64,000 bases of DNA from Octopus sinensis (taxonomy: Eukaryota): the NCBI RefSeq assembly GCF_006345805.1, contig NC_043007.1:31434001-31498000 (forward strand). Reading direction: 5' to 3'. The translations under genes were made by a program, and so were the position numbers. Numbering within the stretch: position 1 is the first letter of the stretch; every line of letters starts with the position of its first letter. This document shows positions 24,845 through 37,454 of the stretch, one piece after another. Under the pieces are notes generated by a model. That model saw only the letters and a list, made by a program, of their open reading frames with translations, ran no database searches and was not told where the DNA came from.

Positions 24845-27455
24845 CAAACCCATGCTACGTATGTGGAGGCCTACATTTCATGAAGGACTGTCCTTTCAAA
24901 ACGTGGAAATGTTACAGTTGGCAAAAAATAGGACACAAGAGCTCACATTGCAGAGCAAAGTTAGGAAGGTCGAACAGAAGAAAAAAATTCTAAAGTTTCC
25001 TCAACGGAAAGTAGAAACAACTCCAAAATGAGGAAATTTGTACATGTAAAAGAAAACAAAGTGAATACTAAATTACAACTGGATACAGGTAGTGACATCT
25101 CGATTATTGATCCCGACACATGGAAAATAGGAAACCTACGTTGAGAAAAACATCGCAAATTGCACGAGGCGTGACAGGTGAAAAACTACACTCGTAGGCA
25201 AAATGTGGAGCGATATGGCATTTCGTGGTAAAACATGTAGAGCAAAAGTTTTCGCGTTAAAAAATGCAACCAATCTGTTCGGCACGGACTGGATGGAGTT
25301 GTTTCACTTATTGGACCTCCCCATAAGTCTGTACTGTAAAAAAGTAAATGACTGTCCCACCAGTAAAATAGGTCATCGAATGAATTGAAGAAAAAAATTT
25401 AAAACTTGTTCCCTGAAGTACTGTCGGGTACATTAGGTCTCTGTACTAAGACTGAGACATGTTTTCAAATAAATGAAAACGTCGTACCTGTGTTCAAACC
25501 CAGTAGAAAGGTACCTTTTCCTGCAATAAAGCAGGTAGATGAAGAATTAAACAGATTAGAGAAAACTGAAATAATTCAAAAAGTGGATTATTCTAAATAG
25601 GTGGCACCAAATGTGTGTATTAAAAAAAAAAAGAATAACAAAATCAGGGTGTGTGCCGATTTTTCCACTGGTTAGGCAGTGATTTTTCTACTGGTTAAGG
25701 AGTGAATGTGTCTAAAAATGTACCACTATCCGCTACCATCTCCGGAGGATAGTTTTGCAAAATTAAACGGTAACAAGATATTTTCGAAACTGGATCTGTC
25801 TGATGCGAGCCTACAAATTAAAGCAGACGAGGAATGCTCGAAATTTCTAACAGTGAATACGCCCAAAGGACTTTATAAATATAACAGATTACCTTTCGGT
25901 CTAAAGGTCACACCTGCAATTTTTCAACAGGTTGTGGATGCGATGTTAGCAGACTGTAAATTCGCAATTCCATACCTAGATGATCTATTAATTAAAATTG
26001 AATCTGATGATCAGTATGTCGAGCATATAAAGAATGTTTTTGGAAAAATAAGAGTGAAGAGAAATGTGAATTTGTTTTGCCTAAAATTAAATATTTAGGA
26101 CAAATTATTGATAGAGATGGAAGACGACCTGACCCGTCGAGGGCAGACGCAATTAAAAATATGTTTCCTCCGGCTAATATAACGACCTTACAAGCTTTTC
26201 TGGGTCAAACGAATTATCAAAATTACATACTAAATATGTATAATTTGAGAATTCCACTAAATAATTTGTTATAAAAGGATGTGAAGTGGAATTAGTGAAA
26301 TTGTCAAAAGGCGTTTGACGATATAAAAAAAAAATACTAATATCGGATTTGCCGCTGGCTCATTTCGATCTTGCAGCGGATGTTGTTGTAGCTTCTGACG
26401 CTTCTGAATACGGCATAGGAGCAGTAATACTACACAAATATAAAGACAGTAATATGAAGGCGGTGGTTCATGCCTCACGTTCTCTGATAGCCGCAGAGAA
26501 AAACTATAGTCAAATAGAGAAATAAGCTCCTGCGATTATTTTTGCCGTGAAGAAATTTCACAGATTTTTGCACGGTAGAAGTTTTAGACTACAAACTGAT
26601 CACCGACCATTATTATCAATTTCTGGGTAGAAGGAAGGAATTACTACCCATGCTGCAAATAGATTGCAGTGCTGGGCTACAATATTGTTGAATTACGACT
26701 TTAAGATGGAGTACATTACTTCTAAGAAAATTGGCCATGCGGTCTGTTTATCTAGGCTAATTCCGAAGAATGCGGAATCGCTGAAAAATACGGTGATAGC
26801 CGCATCACAATCAGAAAAAGGAAATTAAAAACACTATGTGTAATGTCATTCAGAAGCTGTCAGTGAGTGTACAAGATATAAAAAGTAAATCAGCGAAGGA
26901 CAAATGCGTCATAAAATTGAAGAAAACATTGAAAAATAAACAAAAGAGAAACACAAATGCGAACCCTTTTTCACTCTGCGATGATGTATTGATGCTCGCA
27001 CAAAGAGTGGTAGTACCAACTGTACTATAGAAACGCATATTACATGAATTTCATAGTGGATACCCGGGGTGTCAAGAATGAAAGCCTTGGGGAGGAGTTA
27101 CGTGTTTTGGCCGACAATGGGCCGGAACATTGAAAATTTGGTGAGATCATGTAGAGGTTGTGCGCTAGCTGCCAAGACACCACTGGCAAAATAATAATCA
27201 TGGCCTGAGACTGATAGTCCATGGTCCAGCGTACATATAGAGTGCGCTGGACCAGTGAATGGCGTGTACTATTTGATCATTGTTGATAGTTTTACTAAGT
27301 GGCTGGAAGTATATAGGTGCAGTCAACCTCGAAGGCAACAATAAAGTTCATGCTCGAAATTTTTGCTTGATACGGTGTTCCGGACACCATAGTATTGGAC
27401 AATGGAACACAATTTACAGGATACGAGTTCAAAAAATTCTGCAAAACCAATCACA
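24845..27455 (+). pseudogene. pol: Ty3/Gypsy (Mag/K02A2.6-like) gag-pol pseudogene
   Basis: Domains appear in Gypsy order: CCHC knuckles (CYVCGGLHFMKDC, CYSWQKIGHKSSHC), protease LQLDTGSDISII, RT (FSKLDLSDA, RLPFGL, YLDDLLI), RNase H (VASDASEYGIGAV) and integrase (SPWSSVHIE, IIVDSFTKWLEV, DNGTQF). There are many stops and frameshifts. It is truncated in the integrase core and no LTRs were seen. Confidence 0.95.
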
Positions 27456-28210
27456 CAGGGGTGGGAAGCTGGCACCAAGAGGGGACCCCCACCCCCAAGA
27501 CATTCTACAACATTGGTTCCCTTCCGCTCCGATCACCTCAGAATTATAGTCTGCGAACTTGCCTGTCAACATCTTCGGTTTCGGCCGTACCCGGAAAGTC
27601 CCCTTCACCCCACCTTCTAGGCTATGATCCTGCAGCCGTCTTTAAATCGCTGACATGGACTTCAAAAGCCATCTACCCTCAGGATATACCCGGTGCTTGC
27701 AACCGGCTCCCCTTCAGTCAGCAAACTGCATTTTGTTTGCTTTTGGGATCAGATTGAAACCAAAAAGTTTAAGGTTCGCCTTTCGAGTAGGCATAAGATT
27801 CATATATTCCGCAGTGGCATACCTAGAGAGTGTGCCGCCTGCGGGAGCCCATGAGGCTGCCGATTCCATCTCCAGACCCTACCCCTACAAAAAAAAAATA
27901 ATAAATATGCCACGTTATTGTACAGTGGTCCAAAACCGCCGGCCCTCTCAAAAAGCATAGCCCAGGACTGACCGTTCCATTATTCTCCCACCTACACCAC
28001 TGATACTCCGAGCGTGTGCCCTTACATTTTGCTGTCCTGCGCCTTAATTTGCTTCTCTCTTCGACAGTCCCCACGCTTCTCTAGTCACTATTCCCTCCTT
28101 GTCGAAACAATTCTATGCTGCAGAAGTTGACCCCACTCCACTTCCGGTTTTTATTGGTCCCCTTGCTTCGGTGTAAGCTCTAGATGCTGGTAGCATTGAA
28201 GGTTAGTTGA
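27456..28210 (+). mobile_element. Possible decayed L1/Tx1-like ORF2 3' fragment abutting the Gypsy integrase
   Basis: There is an abrupt switch to C-rich sequence. Peptides such as PKTFYNI and KLTPLHFRF weakly resemble L1/Tx1 C-terminal regions. Confidence 0.3.
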
Positions 28211-28970
28211 ATTTATTTCCTTCCTCTAAGGCCCTCCTCGGAGCCGAGACTGGTTGTGTTTTGGAAACAGCACCTCACAGTCTGCTGTCGTGTGCATATG
28301 TGTTTGTGTGCGTCTATGTGTTTGCCATTGTGTGCATGTGTGTTTGTATGAGTTTGTGAGTCTGCCATACACCTCTGATCATAAAGACTCAGAACTGACT
28401 CCAACACAATACTACGAATAATATAAAACTATCCTTATACACACACACATGTCTGAAACAAATTACAATCCTTTCTGCCTAATTCCTACATACTCCCTAA
28501 ATGCCCAAGTCCCTTTATACGACCTCTACTCAATCCCTTCTACAATCGTTTTTTTTTTTACCCTTAAAAAAGAAAATGAGAAAAACGCATTGACCTCGAT
28601 AAACCACGACTCAGAATGAATGCCCCGACTTCGGTCACTTCGGCCCTACCAGCAAAATTGACAAAAATGACGTATGGTGTTCACGTGGTTACTATCGTAG
28701 TTCTATGAGTAATGTCACATGAGTTTCTAAGAGTCTATTATACAATTAGACTGCGACAAATTACAGACGGTAAAAGCTTTGGGGTGTATGTGAAATACGT
28801 GCGTATGCATGCGTTTGTCCTCTATGTTTGTGTGTGTTTGAGTGTGTGTGTGTGTGGTGTGTGTGTGTGTTTGTGTGTGTGTGAGAGAGAGAGAGAGAGT
28901 AGGAGATTGGAAGAGTTACTCAGTAAATGAGTAAGAGAGAAAGAGGAAGACAAAGTGAGAGAGAGAGACA

Positions 28971-29001
<31 letters not shown>

Positions 29002-29669
29002 AAGAAAGAAAGACAGAGAGTGAGAAAGAGAGAGAGAATAGGAGAGTGGAAAATTGGAAGAATTACTCAGTAAATGAGTAAGAAAGAAAGAGAAAGAGAA
29101 AGAGAGAGCGTAAGAGTTGTTTGTCGTGTTGCATTGATCTCTAGAAAAGGTAAATGAGGCTCTGAGAAAGAACGAGAGAGTGAATGAAGAAGAGAAAGAG
29201 AAATAGAGAGAAGATATACTGAAAGAGAGAAGAACAAAGAAAAGGAATGAATATTTCTGTGTGAGAGAGAGAGAGAGAGGGAGAGAGAGAAAAGGGAAAG
29301 TGAGAGAGAGACGACGGACATGTCGTGAAAGAGCAAAAGGAAGAGATGGGGGTGGGGTCAAATTCCTCCGTGGTTTTATTTGTTTAATAATTGAATCATC
29401 ATTTCTTGGTCTCCGGAATCTGGTGACCAGTTACAAGTGTATCATTCCATATATGGCACACATGTCATTATATTATAATGTGTGGGAGCGGGTGTGCTTG
29501 TGCGGTTAAGTAGTTTGCTTGAGGCCACGTGGCTTCGGGTTTGGTCCCGTCGGTCTCTCAGCACAGCATCTTAAACAAGGGTCTTCTACTGTAACTCTGG
29601 ACCAACTAATGCCTTCTGGGTGAATTTAGTAGACAAAAAGGAAAATGGGAAGCTCCTCCTATATATATA

Positions 29670-30255
29670 TAAAGTAATATAAAGAATGGGATAAGAACGC
29701 AAAATATCCAGACAGATGATACAAAAAGAAAAGGGACGAGAAAAAAAAAGGATAGGTCATTCGGAGTTTTCTTTCGTCAGTCGAGTTCCAGATTATCTTT
29801 GCAATTTCGGCAGGTTATACTCGAGATTGCTCCAATTTGGCCAGCCCCAAGGAAAAACTAAGCTAAGAGCACTAGATTCCTTGGAAGAAAGCAGCGGATG
29901 CATACGAAAACAGGGACGGAAAAAATGGAGAAATGGTACACAAATACAAATGCAAATAACAGGACATTAACAACAGGTGTCTTTCGACTAAGGACAATTA
30001 AATTAAGCTGGCGTGTGTGAAAGTGAAGCATTACGGCTGGGACATAAGAGTGCAAGACGTCACTAACTGTGTAAACAGTATGAAGTACGAAAACAAACGA
30101 GTTAAATATGCAAACAACGAGAAAAAATGGAAAACAGGACAAGTAAAAGAGAACGACCCTTCATCTGTTGTCGGGTGTCTATCTACTCCTCTGAATGCTC
30201 GAAATTTGTTTTTGTACTTCGTACTGTTTACACAGTTAGTGACGTCCTGTACCCA
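29670..30255. mobile_element. Non-autonomous (TA)n-flanked repeat with a ~48-bp internal inverted repeat
   Basis: 30050-30098 is the imperfect reverse complement of 30205-30252. Part of it resembles 48530-48696 and 57675-57845. Confidence 0.6.
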
Positions 30256-30462
30256 TATATGCATATATATGTATATATATGTTAATATATATATATATAT
30301 ATTATATATATAATATAATATATATATATATATATATATAACAATTTAGGAGTGACCCTAACAGGTCATTCGTCCACCAGAAAGAGCAGCCATAACTCAC
30401 ACCGCCAAGTAGTAGTAATTCAGAAATTAGGTGAAATTTAAAAACATTTACCCTAATTCATC

Positions 30463-30558
30463 TTTAGACGTCAACGTTTCTGTGTCATTAATGATTAAAT
30501 TAGCTTAATTAAATTAAATTAAGGCCAATCTACCATAGGTTACACTTCATCAGTAAAA
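30463..30558 (-). ncRNA. Type I hammerhead ribozyme, inverted copy
   Basis: The minus strand reads TTTA-CTGATGA-A-GTGT..ACAC-A-GAAACG-TTGA-CGTC-TAAAG. Confidence 0.7.
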
Positions 30559-30823
30559 AACCTGGGAGAGACAATATACACGAGGCGTCTGTATCGATGC
30601 CTACGGAATATCTGTCTTAAAATTTTCAAGACTGACGTATTCGCGCCAAACTTATCAGCAGTAATATAAACTGCCGATTCAATCTCAGAATTCTGAGATT
30701 GAATCGGCATTTATATTTACTGCTGATAAGTTTGGCGCGAATACGTCAGTCTTGAAAATTTTAAGACAGATATTCCGTAGGCATCGATACAGACGCCTCG
30801 TGTATATTTGTCTCTCCCAGGTT

Positions 30824-30921
30824 TTTTACTGATGAAGTGTAACCTATGGTAGATTGGCTTAATTTAATTTAATTAAGCTAATTTAATCATTAATGACACA
30901 GAAACGTTGCAACGTCTAAAA
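30824..30921 (+). ncRNA. Type I hammerhead ribozyme, copy 1
   Basis: Stem I is TTTTA/TAAAA, CTGATGA starts at 30829, stem II is GTGT/ACAC with a 55-nt insert, and GAAAC starts at 30901. Stem III is the palindrome ACGTTGCAACGT, and the GUC cleavage triplet ends at 30916. Confidence 0.8.
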
Positions 30922-31293
30922 GATGAATTAGGGTAAATGTTTTTAAATTTTCACCTAATTTCTGAACTTACTACTACTTGGCGGTGTGAGTTATGGCTGC
31001 TCTTTCTGGTGGACGAATGACCTGTTAGGGTCACTCCTAAATTGTTATATTATATATTTTCGATGACATTTTCTCTTTTCCACCAGGCCGCTGGTAGCGA
31101 TAAATTTCTATTGAATTTTTTTGCTACCCTAAATTGACTAATTGATAATTTTCTGAATAATTCTGAGATTGAATCGGCAGTTTATATTTACTGCTGATAA
31201 GTTTGGCGCGAATACGTCAGTCTTGAAAATTTTAAGACAGATATCCGTAGGCATCGATACAGACGCCTCGTGTATATTTGTCTCTCCCAGGTT

Positions 31294-31391
31294 TTTTACT
31301 GATGAAGTGTAACCTATGGTAGATTGGCTTAATTTAATTTAATTAAGCTAATTTAATCATTAATGACACAGAAACGTTGCAACGTCTAAAA
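31294..31391 (+). ncRNA. Type I hammerhead ribozyme, copy 2
   Basis: Identical motif 470 bp downstream of copy 1, with predicted cleavage after 31386. Confidence 0.8.
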
Positions 31392-31642
31392 GATGAATTA
31401 GGGTAAATGTTTTTAAATTTTCACCTAATTTCTGAATTACTACTACTTGGCGGTGTGAGTTATGGCTGCTCTTATCTGGTTGACGAATGACCTGTTAGGG
31501 TCACTCCTAAATTGTTATATTTATATATTTAGTCGATGACTATTTTCTCTTTTCCATCAGGCCGCTGGTAGCGATACTTTTCTATTGAATTTTTTTGCTA
31601 CCCTAAATTGACTAATTGAATATATATATATATATATATATA

Positions 31643-31800
31643 AGGGAAATTTTTACGAAAATAAACAAAAGACGAAGACAGGTGGTGTACAAACAAACAA
31701 ATGTATTAGTATAGCGCTCAGGAATAGAAAAAGTCTTTTACGTTCGAGCCTACGCTCTTCCACAGAAAGATACACAGAAAAAAAAACAAGGAGAGAAACA
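31643..31800 (-). mobile_element. ~200-bp Penelope-like non-autonomous element with minimal hammerhead motif (CTGTGGA core)
   Basis: The minus strand reads TCTTT-CTGTGGA-A-GAGC-GTAG-GCTC-GAAC-GT-A-AAAGA, with one core A missing. It sits in (TA)n. Confidence 0.7.
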
Positions 31801-31806
31801 ATATAA

Positions 31807-31862
<56 letters not shown>

Positions 31863-31886
31863 TAATATATATATATGTATGTATAT

Positions 31887-31941
<55 letters not shown>

Positions 31942-32436
31942 GAGAGAGAAGAGAGAGTGAGAGAGCAAAGTGAGAACACAGAAAATTCCACGCCCCACCG
32001 ATTCTACTTAAGTTGACTGCATGACATATTGCTTAAGAGTTGGCACTTATTGAAGAAGTTCGGCAAGTTTTTTTTCTGATAAAAACTCTAATCGTGAAAG
32101 TAACAAAATAATTACAAAAGGTGTTTATTATAGATTCATTTCCTACTCTGAACTGTACAAAGAGATTATGCTTCCATGAACATCAAACAATTTTGGATAA
32201 GTTCTTCACCCCTCAAGCAGATGTTTATTATGATGGCGGAACTATAAAGATAGAAGGTGGAGTTCCTCATCCTTTTAGGAATTCTCGACCTACCAACACA
32301 ACTCACAACGCAGTTAACTTTTGTGGTAAGAACGTACCCTATGGCGTGTATGTGTGTGTTGCCACCTAAATTACAGTGATGGACCAGCCTTTTTTGGAGA
32401 GGAAGATTTCAACGAATTATAGACACATGCACAATC

Positions 32437-32467
<31 letters not shown>

Positions 32468-33135
32468 CATACATACATACATACATACATACATACATAC
32501 ATACATACATACCTATACCACTACCCTAATTTCACTTTACAATCACGTGGTTTCGGGTTCAGTCCCACTGCATGGCACCATATGCAAGTGTCTTCTACTG
32601 TAGCCCCGAGACCATCAGTGCCCTCTGAGTGGATTTGATAAACGGAAACTGTGTGGAAACCTGCCACGTGTGCTTGTTTGTTTGCTTGTGTGTGTGTGTG
32701 TGTTTGTGTTTGTTTCCCTCCATCACTTCACAACAGGTTTTGGTTTAACCTCCTCGTAACTTAGCAGTTCGGCAAAAGAGATTGATAAAATAATTAACAA
32801 GCTTAAAAAAAATAAGATCGACTAAACTCTTTTAGCCAGCACGCTAGCATCGTGGCAGTCGAGTGACTGAAGCATGTATGTACATTCGCCATAACAGATC
32901 GTTAGTCACTAAACCTTTTTTTATTTTCTCTCTCTGCTTATTTCTGTGATTCTAACGGAGAGCGTCGGCTCCAAATGTAAAAGACTCTCTTACTTCCCGA
33001 GTGTTAAACTAATACCTCTGTTTGTTGTTTACACACCTGTCTTCGTCTTTTATTTATTTATCTTTTTTTTTTTAGTAAATTCTCACTAAGTAGCTTGTTT
33101 ACCAACCACATGGTTCTGGGTTCAGTCCCACTGCG

Positions 33136-33235
33136 NNNNNNNNNNNNNNNNNNNNNNNNNNNNNNNNNNNNNNNNNNNNNNNNNNNNNNNNNNNNNNNNN
33201 NNNNNNNNNNNNNNNNNNNNNNNNNNNNNNNNNNN
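33136..33235. other. Assembly gap (100 N)
   Basis: A run of N interrupts a SINE head. Confidence 1.
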
Positions 33236-33838
33236 ATATATTATATTATATATATATATATAATACTATATATATAATATATATAATATATATATATATA
33301 TTGTTGACGTCATAAGATTTCAGAAACTTTCGAGAAATAAAATTCTTTAGGATCGTTGAATCTTGAAACAAATTAAGATATAAGTTACAACGTTGTTAAA
33401 TATTGGTGTTAAAAACCCTTGGATAGAAAAAGTCGGATGCTGTCCGTGGCACACGAACTCAAGTCCTGTAAACATAACAGGCGTTCTACCGATGGACCAA
33501 AGCAACAAAACAAATTTTTCTATCCAACTTAAAAACCTTATTCTTCCCAATAGTTACATACTTTTATCTATAGCTTTATTTGCTTCGAGATACACCGTTC
33601 CGAAAAAGAGTTATACCACGTTCTCGAAAGCTTATACATTCTTATGGCGTCAACAACATAATTCTCGCTGGTAAAAATAAACTTTACAAAATACGTACAG
33701 AAATTAGATAGAACCAACAAACAACATTTTTTGCTCTCTTTATAGAATGCAACGCTATTAAACTATCAAACGATATCAAAGATATACTCTATCATGTGTG
33801 TGTGTGTGTGTGTTGTTTGTGGTATATAATATATATAT

Positions 33839-33898
<60 letters not shown>

Positions 33899-33944
33899 CA
33901 TATATGTCGTCTGTATGCATGTATGTGTGTGTGTGTCTTTGTGC

Positions 33945-34157
33945 CAGTGTTTGTACCCACGCGATCGCTTGACAACCGATGTTGGTGTGTTTATGTTCTC
34001 GTAACTTGGCAGTTCGGCAAAAGAGACCGATAGAATAAATACTAGGCTTTAAAAAAGTCCTTGGGCGTCTATTTGTTCGACTAAAAAACCCTTGAAGGCT
34101 ATGCTCCAGCATGGTTGTAGTCAAATACCTGAAACAAGTAAAAGCATAAAAGAATAC
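33945..34157 (+). mobile_element. SINE family A, 3' half
   Basis: Contains CGCTTGACAACCGATGTTGGTGTG..GAAACAAGTAAAAG. Confidence 0.85.
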
Positions 34158-34193
34158 ACACACACACACACACACATGATTTAATAAACACAA

Positions 34194-34460
34194 TATATAA
34201 CTTTATGAGCTACAAATAAGTTTCATGTGATGAAAAACATCCCAGCGGGCATTTTATAACAAGTTTGGTGCCTTCAAGCAATCTTCTGGCTCTCTGCCCA
34301 CATGGCATAGCAAGCTAAAACAGGACGATATCATCCTGTTTTAGCCTGATATGCTATGTGGACAGGGCCCGAGGATTACGTAAAGGCATCAGACGTATTA
34401 AAAAATGCTCTCTGAATTGTTTTTCATCGCATGAAACCATTAGTAGCTCCTAAAAATATA
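34194..34460. mobile_element. Old fold-back element or MITE (imperfect ~265-bp palindrome)
   Basis: The arms pair around GATATC at 34327-34332, for example GCTAAAACAGGA/TCCTGTTTTAGC and TTTCATGTGATGAAAAACA/TGTTTTTCATCGCATGAAA. Confidence 0.8.
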
Positions 34461-34613
34461 TCCTGTGGGTCTTAAAAAATATCATCTTTCACCAGATTGA
34501 GTACGTTTTTTGTTGATCTTACCATCGTGGAACCGGTACACTATATATATATATATATATAAATATGTATGTATGTATGTATGCATGTATGTATGTATGT
34601 ATGTATGTATGTA

Positions 34614-34664
<51 letters not shown>

Positions 34665-34965
34665 TTGTATGTTTATCCGCATGTGTGTGTTTGTGTCATT
34701 GTGTCTATGTTTGTCCCCCACCACCGATTCACAACCGGTGTTGGATTGTAATATAGCGATTCGGGAAAAAGGGACCGATGGAATAAGTACCAGGCTTAAA
34801 AAAAAAGATTAGTACCAAAAGTTATTCAAGGCAGTGTTACAGCATGGCCGCAGTCTAATGACTGAAACAGATATATATATGTGTATGTATGTATGTATGT
34901 ATGTATGTATGTATGTATGTATGTATGTATGTATGTGTATATATATATATATATATATTTGTATG

Positions 34966-34997
<32 letters not shown>

Positions 34998-35475
34998 TGT
35001 ATGTATGTATGTGTATATATATATATATATTTGTATGTATATATATGTATGTATGTATGTATATGTGTATGTACATATATATATATATATACATGCACAA
35101 CATTTATATCAATCTTACTGCAATTGACTGATAAACTATGGAACAGTAGCCAAGACATAATAATCTGTTATTGATATAATGGATTATTACGTTGTATTAA
35201 GTGCAATTTCAAAAGAAATTACGTATTTCATGGTTCTTCTGTCAGTTTCTAACAATCTTGTAATTGGTTAAGTTATCCATGGAAATTCCATTGGTTTAGT
35301 GCTTGTTTGTCTGTTTGTTTGTGTGTGTGTGTGTGTGTACGTAAGTGTATGTATACGTACATTTAAGCTCGTATATCATTACATGTATGTGTGTGAATAT
35401 ATATATATGTGTGTGTGTGTGTATATATATATATACACACACACATACACATATATATAATATATATATAATATA

Positions 35476-35509
<34 letters not shown>

Positions 35510-35510
<1 letters not shown>

Positions 35511-35893
35511 GGCGTAGGAGTGGGTGTGTGGTAAGTAGCTTGCTTACCAACCACATGGTTTCCGGGTTCAGTCCCACATGTAGTTCAGTCCCACTGCGTG
35601 GAACCTTGGGCAAATGTCTTCTACTAAAGCCTCGGGTTAACCAAAGCCTTGTGAGTGGATTTGGTATACGGAAACTGAAAGAAGCCCATAGTATATATAT
35701 ATATATAGATATATAAATATGTATGTATGTATGTGTGTGTGTGTGTGTTTATATATTTGTGTGTCTGTGTTTGCCCCCACCCCCACAATCGCTTGACAAC
35801 CGATGCTGGTGTGTTTACGTCCCCGTAACGTAGCGGTTCGGCGAGACCGATAGAATAAGTACTTTGATTACAAAGAATAAGTTCTGGGGTTGA
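35510..35893 (+). mobile_element. SINE family A, 3'-truncated, B-box region duplicated
   Basis: Family A head and body are present, and GTTCAGTCCCAC occurs twice. Confidence 0.88.
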
Positions 35894-36046
35894 CCCCAGT
35901 GAGTAACTTGTACTTATTTAATCAACCCCGAAAGGATGAAAAGTAAAGTCGACCTCGGCGGAATTTGAACTCAGAACGTAACGGCAGACGAAATACCGCT
36001 AAGCATTTTGCCCGGCGTGCTAACGATTCTGCCAGCTCGCCGCCTT
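35890..36046 (-). mobile_element. SINE family C
   Basis: It is the reverse complement of AAGGCGGCGAGCTGGCAGAATCGTTAGCACGCCGGGC. Confidence 0.9.
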
Positions 36047-37454
36047 GGAAAGAGACGAATATTAAATATTACACTCACACACACACATACAAAAATTCAG
36101 AATTCTGCCCTCGATGCAAAATGTGCCGATTTCACACACAGGATGAAATTGATTTATTTATCTGGAAAGAGACGAATATTAAATATTACACACACACACA
36201 CACACACACACATTATAGTGTTTCAATAGCAGCAATTTAATTATCTCAATTGATAACATTTTTTTCCTACCGAGGCATTCATCACGTGCCATTGTTTCAG
36301 TTAACAACTAAAATAGAATATAATTGCATAATTCTATTCAATCAAACTAATGTAAGTTTAATTAATAAAAAATTATATGAAGATAGACTCCATTATGATA
36401 GCATCATACTTTGCCAGTATGAGATTCTTTAAAAAAATGGCACTGGAATCAGATTATCATATTTTTGCTCCACAGGAGTGGCTGGGTGGTAAGAAGCTTG
36501 CTTCCCAAACGTATTGGTTCCGGGTTCAGTCCCACTGCATGGCAGCTTGGGCAAGTGTCTTAGGCGCATGAGTGGCTGTGTGGTAAGTAGCTTGTTTACT
36601 AACCACACGGTATTTCGTTCGAACGATGTCATAAATAACAGTGACAAACGAAATATACACCGCCGATAGTTGTTGTTGACAAGCAACGGCAGTAATTTTA
36701 TTAAGTTGAATACACGTCACTGATTGGTTGAAATTACTCAAATAGGACAACTTTAACGTGAAATTAATTCGTAAATAGAAACTTTTCTCAACAACGCTAA
36801 GAGTAAAAGATGTTTTATATGACACATTCTACCAGTGTCCGAAGTTTGAAAGTGTTTAGCTACAAAAACTTAATTTCTCGATCTGCCGATGAAAGTGAAA
36901 AGATTCTAACAATCTTACCCAGGTAGCGTAGGTAGACTGTACCGCTTATGGCATTGAGTTTGTTGCCTCAATCTCGTCCTCTATGTAGGCACATGCAGAA
37001 AATCCAAAAGTGCTGCCCCCATAAAAACGTAGCCCGTGGTGAACTGCCCCCCATGCCTCAGCCCAGCTATATCATTGGACTTAATAAAGGTTTCAGGTAG
37101 AAATTTCAAGAATGTCAACGAATATTACAGGCACTTGAAGAAGGCCGGAAGGTACAGCAGCCAAAACATTGTGACTAAAGCAATCAGGAAAGAGGCGCTA
37201 GTCTGAATGCGTCAGCAGATTTCTTTTAAATACTTTTAAAATAAACTCCAGTTGAGCAAAGGGTGTTACGTTTTTACTAAAATGCTACATCACGCTAGCT
37301 TTATAAAGGTTATTTGTTGAACCGCCAACGTAAATTATGTCCAGACTGAATCATTGACATTAAGGCAGCCAACTGAACCGCTGATAACAGATAACTTTTC
37401 AGTTTGTTGGTAAACTCGCCCAAGATTTAGGACTATTATTCAATAATACTGAGT

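Larger units (their letters stand above)
30340..31619. mobile_element. 470-bp hammerhead-containing unit: one inverted partial copy plus two direct tandem copies (retrozyme or Penelope pLTR-like)
   Basis: 30340-30691 is the reverse complement of 30692-31030, centred on CTCAG-AATT-CTGAG. 31160-31619 repeats 30690-31150. (TA)n flanks both sides. Confidence 0.85.

Noticed and set aside
30680-30702. EcoRI site at the palindrome centre suggesting a cloning chimera
   Set aside because: GAATTC arises automatically from inversion about AATT, since the direct copy reads AATAATTCTGAG. It is not evidence of ligation, although a read-level fold-back artefact is not excluded.
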